DNA from: Bigelowiella natans CCMP2755
Lineage: Eukaryota; Protista; Cercozoa
DNA length: 64,000 nucleotides
Assembly: GCA_000320545.1 (NCBI GenBank)
Contig: ADNK01001083.1
Span: 62,001-126,000 of the forward strand
Direction of reading: 5' to 3'
The notes below the pieces were generated by a model that was not told the origin of the DNA, did no database searches, and saw only the letters and a list, made by a program, of their open reading frames with translations. Within the stretch, counting starts at the first letter, position 1. Every line of letters begins with the position of its first letter. Made by a program: the position numbers and the translations under genes. This document shows positions 1 through 14,428 of this stretch, piece after piece.

Positions 1-2680
<2,680 letters not shown>

Positions 2681-3195
2681 GAGTCCAAATAGGACAAAGG
2701 ATGTATGTTCGGGGGGAGGGGGCAGAGAAGGCAATCTCGGATCGGAACTGAAAAAGACCGGGAGAACTTCAGGAGAAGCTCCTCGAAACACCGAAAGTGT
2801 TACAGGATATTTTTCCATTGCGTCATCAATAATATTATTGTCGCAAGTAATTTACCGCATTAAATTTCGATCATACAACATTCCAGCATGTCACAGTACG
2901 AACTGAGAGAAAAGGGGATCCCCACCTCCCTCTCCCCCCCCTCGCCACTCTGAAAGGACTCCTAACTTCGCTGTGCTCTATGGGACGAACAATTCGCATA
3001 TTCCGTGGAGGTCTGGCCTCTCTTCGAGGAGTACGCCATCGCCCCCATCGTGGCTTTACCTCACTAGCGGAAGCGTCACCATTGGACAGGTGAAGGGAAC
3101 GATTCGAATGGTGGTTTCGGAACCGAGTTTACGTTCGAAGCTGAACTGCTTGGCCAATTACCTCCTCACCCCTTCTTCCTAATATCTTAAGATTT

Positions 3196-4234
3196 ATGGG
3201 TTCCTCGCAGAACAACTTCAATACTGGAATTCCTCCTTCATTCTCTTTGGAGGTGTTAGACCATCATCACTCGATCTTTGCCGTCAAAACGTGCAATCCC
3301 TAATCCTTCCAGTCGGTGTTTGATTTTACCATCCAGGAGGGCGTGGATCGCTCTGCTGCGCGGGAATTTAGATTGCGCGTGCGTTCGGGGGAGCATGTAG
3401 AACAAACAAGGTCGGCAATGAGAGCAATATTCCGTGCTGTGTACGCACGTCGCCCCGATCTATGCATCAGTGGCTTTTATAAAAAAGTTTTTTCTTTTTT
3501 TAATCGTGGCCTATCTTACTCTTAACTCACTTCCACTCCGCATCATTGCGCTCGGCTAGTGGATGTGTGCCTGGACATGTCCAAGCAAACTTCGTGGCCC
3601 TTCCTAAAGCCTACGCGTTCGACTTCCTCGTCTTCTGTTTGAGGTAATACCGATTTGCCGCCAACTAGTGAGTGTTCAACGAGTTCCACAGGATTTCAAA
3701 GTATTTTTGGATGCAGGCCACGTTGCCTTTTTCAGATGTCACTTCGGCATTGTGTAATCAGTAGTGCTTTATTATAGTAAAGAATCAACGATTTAAATCA
3801 ACCCATGCCAGCTACGTTCATGCGAGCTACTAGTGCAGAATATCCCTCCTAGATAGTGACTTATTATGATTATGCTGTTTATGTTAATGTTGGTGTTTTT
3901 AAATCATAGAAATCCGCGTCCTTGTCCCTTGCTTGCAATGACCGATCCAGGTAGCAGGGAAATAGTATTATTTTCGTCAATTTTGCTAGCACACATAAAA
4001 CACACATATCTAGTCCACACGTACACAGGCATTTCTCTCTCTTTCTCTCTCTCCCCCTCCTCTCTCTTTCTATATGTGTGTGTGTGTGTAGGTGTGTTTT
4101 CATATCCTTTGATTAATTGATTCAAGCAAATGCTGTGAAAGTGAATGTAGCAATGTATGTTCCTAGGCAAGGGTGATCCTGGAATAATCGCATCAGGGGC
4201 AGATTTAAGAACTGGTAGTAGTATTAGCAGCAGC

Positions 4235-4268
<34 letters not shown>

Positions 4269-4560
4269 ATAATAGTAGTAGCAGTTATTGTTGTTCAGAG
4301 TGTTGTCGGCTATGGGATCCATATGAGGCTCCTATTCTTATGCATGTACTCAAATGATGCAAATATATACTCGAATGATGCAAAGTTCTTTGCTCCGAAT
4401 AGATATCCCTCGATATTTGGTGTTTCGTGAAGGGAAAGTTGTGGAATCAACCACAGATGTATCTGAATACTGGTAGTAGAAGAATAAGTAGTAAATGTAG
4501 AAGCAGTAAAGAAAAAAAAAGGGGGGGGAGGAGAGAAAGAGTTCCCTCCACTACAAATTT

Positions 4561-4608
<48 letters not shown>

Positions 4609-4928
4609 ACGTTGAACAGGCAATCAGATATGGTTGGATTTCTCCTAGGATGTGCGTAATTCTAATAATTCATGCTGCTCGATACAAGATGGCTTGTTTA
4701 GAATGATGAAAACACAATAAGCCAACATGTTTCAGTCTCTCTTGGGGACATCAACAAAGCTTTTGGTCGATGTTTTGCCTATTATTTGCCATCAGAACTG
4801 CTACTGCTGCTGGTACTATTACCACTACTACTGACTCCGTGACTTGATGCATTAGGCTCATTCTCATGGGAACAGAAGCTTGCAGATCGAAACTTAGCGC
4901 CAAGAAATGTATGCATATATAAAGATAT

Positions 4929-4960
<32 letters not shown>

Positions 4961-5694
4961 ACGTAATGTATATGCAAGAGGCGGAAAGAGTAGTGCGAAA
5001 TGGCCAAAAGGTTGCTGAATATATTATGGTTCAAATAGTCTGATGCTACTATCTGTGGATGATCACGGCTGCTGATAGGTCGTGGAAGGACTGAATGTAT
5101 CGATGTATCGTACATCATTGAAGAATCAGCAATCGGGCCCCTTCCAGGTCTGCGACATTTAGTTTATGTAAAACTCACTGCCATACACAGTGTGGCGCCA
5201 TAGATGCTATATTTTGGGCTGAATACTGATAACACAACATGCACGGTATGCATGGACACGCAAGTGCGAGGTTATACATGAACACATGATGCCTTGTTTG
5301 TATTGCGCATTTGTGTACAAATCACACAACAAATAAGCCGAGTTCTCAGCTTCCATTAAACCCAAAAATAGGGCAACTTAGTGGTGTCCATGCGGCCTTA
5401 CAAAGAGAGCCAAATAGAAGAGGTCAACCAGATCACCAAGGTGCAGAAAAACAGAAAAACGACCCATGCATATCTAAAGCATCATGCGGCGAAATTGAAG
5501 CCAAGAACACAATGAATGGTTTCTTGAACCCTACGATAATACGACTATCAGCTATGTCATAGTGTTCTCAAAGAAACATCGATACCTTGGTGATGTGATG
5601 TGACTAGAGAACAAACACCCATTATCGTATCGACGCTCGAAATTTGCTAGTCATGCAGAGACAGCTGTCTGTACACATTGATACTGAACATCCC

Positions 5695-5734
<40 letters not shown>

Positions 5735-6847
5735 TTACTACCTCTACTACTCCTCCTCCTTCTCCTCTCTTTTCAGTCGTATCCTGGGGCACATGGAGGG
5801 CCTATTCACTGGGGGAATCCAGATGCATTGGGTCTGCTGACTCCTTATCCATGATCATAAAATCGACAGATTTCCAGCAACAATAAATGCATTGCGCCGT
5901 GGTTTTCCTAGGCCCGTAGTTTGTGCAGGAAGAGTTTCATTTTTGTTTACAATTTAGGATTTTGGCGCTAGGATGCAGCATTCGATCTGTTTGCGTGAAT
6001 ACCAACATGATTAGATTGATTTAATGAAGTGTATAGCTTCCCTTGCCCTCACCTCCAAATGTGGACCCTCACCATGATAGCATTAATTAACTAATAGGTA
6101 TTGGTGATATTCACGATCCAGACTACGGAGACGTTACTCACATCAACAATGATGAAGTAATTGTATATCGATAATGAATGTAGTAGATTTGGTCATTCCA
6201 AACATTGGCAACCGTTTTGGGTGAATCGCCATAACTCTATCATCACGGTTGCGTCATAGAGAGGATGCTGCTCCTATTATCTTTCTTTCAAATGTTAGAA
6301 AGATGGTATCTATTGCATGGATATGTGCCTGCTTTGTCTGAAATGTAGTAGCAAATCATGATGATGACTCCAAGCTTATTGCTTGGCGACTTGTTCGGCA
6401 TGCCATTTGTACGGAAATTCATTTCCGTTCCTCTAACATTGCTTTCAGGTCCCCGTCTTCTGGGCTTGCGGGGTCACGCCTCAAACCGCATTGGAAGCTG
6501 CAAAACTGCCGGTCATCTACAACACGCACGCTCAAAGCAGCTGCCAACGATTGAATAATTCAAGCACCTTTTTTCGTAGTGCTGATTCTTGGATTTTATC
6601 CTCTTGCAAATGAAATGTTGTTTCATAGATTGCGATAACTCACGCTCCTGGCCACATGTTCATCGCCGATGTGAGGTCAGTTCTTCAACACGATGTATTA
6701 GAGCCAAGCAGCATTCTCCCTCATCAGTAGATGTGGGTACTTGTGATGACACGGCTCACGGAATGTAATGGCAATTTTGTGTTTTTGCGATTACATATTA
6801 GAGATGAAGAGATGCGGCTTGATTTTAATAGCAATGCTACGGAGTAG
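3196..6847 (+). CDS. DUF1445 / UPF0317 family putative hydro-lyase (D-glutamate cyclase-like, YcsI-like), about 14 exons
   Basis: Stitched exons: GCVPGHVQANFVALPKAYAFDFLVFCLR|NPRPCPLL; GADLRT|DIPRYLVFREG; DMVGFLLG|CSFSWE; GNLVVSMRP; YPGAHGGPIHWGNP; DPDYGD; VPVFWACGVTPQ; AITHAPGHMFIAD. These are hallmark DUF1445 motifs. Stop TAG at 6845-6847. Confidence 0.92.
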
Positions 6848-7072
6848 TTTCACCTTCTGAATTCGAATGAAATGCTGGAATAGTGTGTAATCTTCGATAA
6901 TTTGGCCAAGCTTATACTAAAGTTCGCTTTTAATGTTATTTGTAGCAACGTGCGTATGCCAAAAAGTTAATAATAGCACTCTATTGCAAAACACTACTTT
7001 ACATTTTAGAAAGAACTGTTTAGATAGATGCTAGGCCTATTGGACGGTTTACAACGGTAATCACACAGCAAC

Positions 7073-7115
<43 letters not shown>

Positions 7116-7451
7116 TGACAAAATAAGCGCGAGCACGAGCTGCTTCTCGCAGGCTAGCAGGGTAGCACATTGTACGAGTCTGGCCAGCGGTTGCACGTGA
7201 ATCTAACACAACGTTGCTAACATTGTTGCGCCGCAACGTGCAAAGAGCATGTGTATGTGTGTACATGTATCATGATTTATAAAATCGCACACACGCTAGA
7301 CACGTGGCAAATCAATGAAAGGCATGCATGCTAGCATGATCTGGTGATATCCCTGCTAGCTAGCTAGATCATCTATTGCGTCGACGTGATGACGTGATGA
7401 CGTGATGTGAAGTATATGTGGATTACGCAACCTAGCAACGTCTGCAGCTGC

Positions 7452-9423
7452 TCACTTTGAGCACGCCACTTTATCCTTGATGATAGCGTTCAAACAACTC
7501 CATCCAAATGGGTCGAGGCATTCGATTGGAGAGACAGACACCAACGCCCAGGACCAGCCTCCATGCGCAGAGGTATGTACCATGATGGATCGTGTGCTTC
7601 CTAAGCTGCCATTGTGCCACTGCGCATGCGAGTTAAGTGCCATACCCATGCCGTATGTACTCCCTGGTATAATATAATTTATTATGTAACACTGCGAAAC
7701 ATACGCGCAAACACACACACACACACGCACACACACACACACACATACAAATCTGATTTCATACAATAAAACACTATATTATATCTCTTCCTTGTTACAT
7801 ACCCACCTTTACAACCAGCCTTTCGCATTTCTTGTATCACTTCCTTGCTCAGCACCTTGCCCTTTTGCAGTGCAAACGATAACCTTACTAAAGCGCGTGG
7901 AGTGATGTGCCATCCACCATGGCTATCCATTCTTTCGACCACTTTTGGCGGGAGCAAGTCTGGAGTCACGTTCCAGTGGAAATTAGATTTTGGCTGACAT
8001 TCAATTTTTGTTTGGGAGTCGGATGATCCAGGGATTGTAGATGTTGGCTCAGTGAAAGCGTACTGGCAAGCTGTCGGCTTCGTAACAAACGCCTCGCTGG
8101 GGCCTATTCCGAGCGGAGACAGGAGCTGTTTCTGCACCCATGTCTCATAGCTTGGGTAGTCATACTCCTTCTTTGTATTTACTTCTTTCCCACCTGCTGA
8201 ATACAAGGAATTGACTGTCAACAAATCAGATTCTGGCACCGAGCATGCACTCACAATTTACGCACCTTTGGGAACATTCACAGCTTCTATCACTCGCCCA
8301 AGCAGGCAGTAACCGAAATTCGAGTAGTGGAATGAGGATCCTGGTTTGCTATAAAGTTTGCGTTCGCCAAGAACGTGCGATATCAACTCCAGTTGAGATT
8401 TCTCTGGGAAAGAGAACATTGGGTCTTTAGCGTCATTAGTCGGTAGCCCGCTGGTGTTGTTAAGGAGATGCCGCACCGTTATCTCTGGAATTCTGTCATC
8501 GGCTAGGGTTTCTATTTTGACCAGACGTCGTAGGAGTGGTAACACTTTGTCGTCAAACCCCAGCTTCTCCTCATCTACCAACTGTCCGACTGCCACGGAA
8601 GTGATCGTTTTGCTCACGCTGGCTATTCGTAGAGGCATCGAAGGTTTGAGGGTGCACCCATGCCGTGCGTAGCCCCAAGCTTTCGCGAGAACTTTGTTCT
8701 CTAGAGCATTGTCTTCGCAAAATGCAACTGAGAGGCCGATGCCGCCATGTTCTGCCATGAGCTCGATAGCAAGCTTATCAAGAGGAGTCTTTCCGTCGCT
8801 TGCACGCATCACATCGACAGCTACATCGTCTTTCGAATACTTAACTTCGATGGCGGGCATCAAGAATCCTATTGCTCCCGACTCTCCAATGGTGGGGCTC
8901 TCCACAAATCTCCAGCCAACATCTGCCTTGCATGCGGAGCAAACAGCTGTTTCCACAACGCTCTTTCCTTGGGCTAGATCCATATGACGTCGGTTTACGA
9001 AGGTGAGACCCTGGGGTTTATTCTACAGAACAGAAATAGCAAAAAGTATTTTGACTTCACTCTGAATTCATAGCATCGAATCATCAGGTAATCGATCGTC
9101 GGAACAAATTGGGTACGAAAGCGCTCGGAATTCTATCTCCTAATCTAAGAACATTAACGAGAAACTTCAGGATTTGTGACATCGAAATGTGTTGTTGCAA
9201 TCTCAGAGGCATATTTTGTGTGGAGGAATGATATCGTTTAGATCACTCTATTCTGCACAAAGCGAACACAGCAACGCACCTCTTTCGGCACGAACACCTG
9301 TGCGGGGCTTCCATTCCATCTATGCCCTTTCGATTGCAAGACGCAGTCAGCCAGCAGCTTTCCACATCGAGAACATACTGCTTGTTTTTCCGCAGCATAA
9401 ATGAACGAGAGTTTCGATGCCAT
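7452..9423 (-). CDS. Yippee/Mis18-type zinc-binding domain fused to a beta-lactamase-family (class C / peptidase S12-like) serine hydrolase; 4 exons
   Basis: Exon 1 MASKLSFIYAAEKQAVCSRCGKLL...FVPKE splices in phase 0 to NKPQGLTFVNRRHMDLAQGKSVVETAVCSACKADVGWRF, giving two CxxC pairs plus GW. The same open frame continues into RIASVSK (SxxK), ITVRHLLNNTSGL and FHYSNFGY (YxN); the last exon has WHNGS (HxG). Stop TGA at 7452. Confidence 0.88.
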
Positions 9424-10095
9424 CGAGCTATCTCACCCCCCCCAATCCTCTTCTCTCGGCGCTCAAACAACGGAGTCTATGTTGTGCACTCGCATGCTCG
9501 CATTGACAATGGGCGTTACTGAGCTCTCGGTTCCATTACGTGCGGTTTGGTTGTTGCGACTGCATCAATTTGTCCGTTTTCTCAAGTAAGTTCAGGTCGC
9601 AAGTCGAAAAATCGAAGTTCGGCTCAGAATCGAAGAAGATCAGCCATGTTCATCAAGTCCCTCTACGTACTACAACAATCATCGGAACACATTTATTGTT
9701 TATTTTTCTAGCCAAAGTTTTGCGGACTACTTCCAAGCATAAATAAATAGCTCAAGCTTCGCATGAATCATGCGACTCACTCATCACGATAGGTCTAGGT
9801 CGTTCTTGGGGGAATTTTTCATCACGTTCCACAATGATGATTAGACTAATTCAACATAATTTTGTTCAAACGACAATAAAATCCTGTCGCAGGACCAAAA
9901 TCGGCTTCGTTTTGGGAAATGTTCGGGTAACAGAAGCTACCTCAACAGAGTCTACTGGAAAGCTCCTCAGTTTTACTGGCTATTCATCCTCGTTGCTCTC
10001 CCCCCCCAACGGAAAAGATCCTACCCCTTCCTAGAACTGAAAGAAACGCAACAGGATACTATCCCCTTTCGCTCCGTCGATAGGTCTCTGGGCGA

Positions 10096-11024
10096 ATGGG
10101 ATCAGTGTGCTGCGGTTTGAAGGCAGAGGAGGAGGAGCAAGAAGTTCTACGGTAGAAACCGAGATATTTCGCGTTGTGCCTGAATGCAAATGAAAACCTT
10201 GCTCCTCTTTCTTTCAGGATATTAGGAAAGATATGTAATGCTTACGAGAGTGCACAAGTGATCGCCATTCTGGGGCCGGAGGGCAGCATTTTGTAAGTGA
10301 AATTCCACGGTTCATATTTTCCACATAGAGTTGCACGTACCATAATAATTACGATTTCGGATGATTGTGCACCTGCGATAACTTTTATCTCTGCCAGGAT
10401 TGATTTCTGGGTGGATGGAAATGCTACTAAGACTCAACGCCACGTTGCAGAGTAAGAAGCTCCACTAGCTCGATCAACATGTCATGTTCATTCCAATTTT
10501 CGTAGTCGTATATCTTACGTTCCAACTCGCTATTTTTTATTCTCCGAGTTATCTCTGTTGCCTAAATATGTTTTGGTGATTATTTGTCAGCCATGAAGGG
10601 AAGAGTGGGGTATTCTGGACCTTGAAAAAGGCAGCAGAACAGTTTGGTACATTATCCCGATAAAGATTAGAATATTCTTCTTATTCTTCTTCTTCGTCTT
10701 CCTCTTCCTCTTCTCTATGGTTGAGTGCTAAGTTTTTGTTTCGATCTTGCGATGCTAGGTCAAGTTAGCAATTAAATAAAAATATGCTGGTTGTGTTACG
10801 CAATTTAATGCTAACATGATAGTAACCTCGTATTCAATGCGAGCTCATTTTAATTTGCTACTGGAAGACCACGCCATTTCATCTCATTTTCATTCTTCAT
10901 CTCACAGGTGCTCTGATGAACTGCTCTTACACTCCAATTGTGCATATCCGAGGACAGAGATACTTAGTTTCATGTTTCCACCTCCGGACTCATGTAATAC
11001 AAAATTACAAATACTTGTGCGTGT

Positions 11025-11063
<39 letters not shown>

Positions 11064-11536
11064 GTATTTTTGTACAATCCCGTTTTATTCGAGGACCGTG
11101 TCAATATTTACTGTTGATATAACACGCGTATATTTTGTTTACGATTTAGATGCTGACGCTCGTATCTGCCCCCCCTGACCCAACGCAGTTTAACACTACA
11201 GAAGCAGACAAGAAAATCAAGTAGAATAATCATTGTTTCCCCATTCACCTAACTTGCAAGTGTATAAGCAACATGCACTGGAGACTTTGTTTTGCTGATG
11301 GGATGCGAATTTCCAACTATTTTCGGTTTGATCAGAAAATTAAAAATTCTTTTGCTGACCTCATCATCTCTAGGCCCGTCCTCCAGGAATTAGAGTTCAG
11401 AATTGCAAGCGGTAAGGCTTCAAAAGCCTCTATGCGGCTACAGTCATCGCAATTGAAGCCATCTTCTCGGGAAAAGTCCAATAATAGCATGATGCAAAGG
11501 GGCATATATGGTAGCTCACAGTACCCAACAACGTAA
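10096..11536 (+). CDS. Small (~190 aa) protein with an N-terminal MGSVCC acylation motif and a roadblock/LAMTOR/MglB-like domain; 7 exons
   Basis: Phase-consistent GT-AG stitching: MGSVCCGLKAEEEEQEVLRILGKICNAYESAQVIAILGPEGSILIDFWVDGN...SGVFWTLKKAAEQFGALMNCSYTPIVHIRGQRYLVSCFHLRTHMLTLVSAPP...DKKIKPVLQELEFRI... The pattern is helix, two strands, helix, three strands, helix. Confidence 0.65.
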
Positions 11537-12232
11537 CAATACGAATCTCTCTAGCACCGTCTTTAAATAGTGATTAGTAATAGTGATCGTCCGTCTTAGA
11601 CATAAAGTGTATTCACGTCATTATCAAAATAGAAATTGCTCTGTGAGCTACGCTATCTAGCTATAGTACGTACGCCTGATAGTAATAAAACTCCTTGCTA
11701 GCTTGCAACGAGGCTGCACGGCATGCAGTAGTGCATGAGCGCAGCATATCTATATATCTAGATCGATATGTCTAGATGGCTGGCTAGCTGCTAGGCTGGT
11801 CCTCGCAAGTACGTTAGTAAAATACAACACCTAGCTAGCTAGATGTGCCTTAAATGAAGTACGCATGACATGGCTAGATGGGCAGTCACGTACGTGGCGC
11901 TGCTATATAACGCTGATGAGAATTAAATCGCTGCACATATACATATCTAGTCCTGTTTAGTTGCTTGTTTCATACGCCATTATCACTACGATGCATGCGA
12001 ATATAAAATGAGCGCGGGATATTGCCCCAGCGTTGTTTATGTGCATTATTTTGACTGCTAAACTGGCTGATGTTGATGAAGAGAAATAAAAGAACGGAAT
12101 TCTTGTTCGTGATAAAATAACAAATTATTACGAAAATAAATATTCAGATATCCGTTTGAAACCTCTTATCAGATTATACTTAGACATCCCGCACAGCAGC
12201 CAGCAGCACAAGATTAACATAGGAGATGACGA

Positions 12233-12692
12233 CTACATCATGGTACATCGCGGTGTCATTGATGATGGCGATGGCTGCCGATGCTGCTGCTGATGGTGAT
12301 GGTACTGCAGATGGTAGTGAGGATAGGGATAGCAGCGGCGACTATTCGGTGATAGTAGCGTCCAGTTCATTCGTGTCTGCAGCATCTTTCTTTGGAGCTC
12401 CTGAGCTCTCCCCTCATGTAAAATCTGTGCAATTTGGAAATCACGACATATTAGAGGTATATCAGAGAAAGTCAGATTTGGTCGGTCTGTTGGTTCACGA
12501 GGGCAAAGTGAGTGCCAGATTCGATTTTGCATTTCTGTCCATTTTCGCACTAAAATAGTCAGAGAGAGATGGGGGGGTAACCTGCTCGCATAAGAGTGAA
12601 AACTCGGGATCCAATCGAAAGTAATCGCTCATGTTACTTGCGACCTATGATCGGTCATTATCATTCCCATCAAATCATGATAGATAACACAC

Positions 12693-12762
<70 letters not shown>

Positions 12763-13013
12763 GGGGGAAAGAGACGCACGCACACAGAGGCACGCACGTA
12801 CGCACGCACGCACAGTTTGGGTACTCTTCGCACACGTATTTACTACCACTTCCTCAAGTCCTTGCCTAATGCTTTCATGATCTGTGCTCTCAAGGCAGTG
12901 TCTAATTTAAATTATATATAATAATATGTATATCACATGTTATGCAAATGCAAAAACACTCACAAGCACAGACACTCACGCACAACTGATATTTTATCAC
13001 AAATATTTGTATA

Positions 13014-13055
<42 letters not shown>

Positions 13056-13989
13056 ATATTGTGTGTGTGTGTGTGTGTAATACTACCGGATAACAGCGGC
13101 AGTTCCTCCATATATGTATCTTATCATCAAATCAAGAGCACCCTCTCCGAAAGGACTGTTACACCATCCAGAAGAATAACCGGAAGGGGGGGGAGGAGGA
13201 AGAGGAGTAATGGTGAACGAGGAAAGGACAATAACGCCTCTCTCTGGTTTACGCGTTAATTGTTTTTACTGCTTAACTAATTCACACGTCAAGTGTTTAT
13301 TAGTCTCGCACGACTGATGTGCAAGTGTATATATTTGCAGCGAACCATGATGTAATATTGAGGAAGAATTGGCATGGTAACGCCCTTGTAAATCGCAATA
13401 ACTACCATATGTTAATTTGTTCGAATAGAATAGCATGCATATCAGCATCATCATCGCCATCATTATTATCACCACCACCGTCCTCACACTCTCACTCTCA
13501 TCATCTTCGCTTACGTGGAGGTCAGGTCGCACTTTCCCGTGTACGCCTCTCTCATCCCCGATATGAATGAAAAGCAGCCGAAATAGGCAGATCGAGCTGC
13601 TAGGATGTACTTGTGCACAAACACCGTGCGGTCTTTAGAGATCTTAAGCTTTAGAATGGCGGGGTCGTTGCGCTGGAGAGGACGATGAGAACGACTATGG
13701 AGATTATTAACCGTTGCGGGAAGTGAGGCAGCCTCCTCCTCTTCTTCTTCTTCCTCTGCGGTATTACAGACATAGAATCGTGAATTTGGAGTGGTTGTGA
13801 CCGGTTCATTGGGATTTAACAATTAATTTACGTGGGAAAACTATACATCTGGCGGATTCCCAGAACAAGCCCCTCTTGGGTAATAACATCTCAACTTGTC
13901 ATCATCCTCCAAACTAGTGTGCTGATATTCTATCAATATCTTTGTCTGCACTCTATAATTTACATGCAATGCTTTGTGTGTATGTGTGT

Positions 13990-14028
<39 letters not shown>

Positions 14029-14387
14029 CCTACTCTGAAACAGCTCAAGAATTGCGAGCAAATCTCGGTGAAGAGTCGCAGCTTCAACCTGCAGCATTGA
14101 TGATGGAAGGAGAGAGCGAAGAAGAGAGAGTATATGAGGAGGAGGAGAAGGAGGAGGAGGAGGAGGAGGAGGAGGAGGGGAGGTGGAGAGATCTAGAATC
14201 GATAGTGGTAGTAATGGTAGTAGCGAAGAAGCAAAATATCTTAGTTACCTCTTTGATCTCGCTTATTAATGGAGGATGCCACTTCCGAAGCAAATATTCC
14301 TCAGTCCGACAGCTTTGCCGACTGAATAATAAGAGGTATGGAAAACCAAGCAAGAGGCTTAGACGATATCAATGCAATGTCACAGCA

Positions 14388-14428
<41 letters not shown>

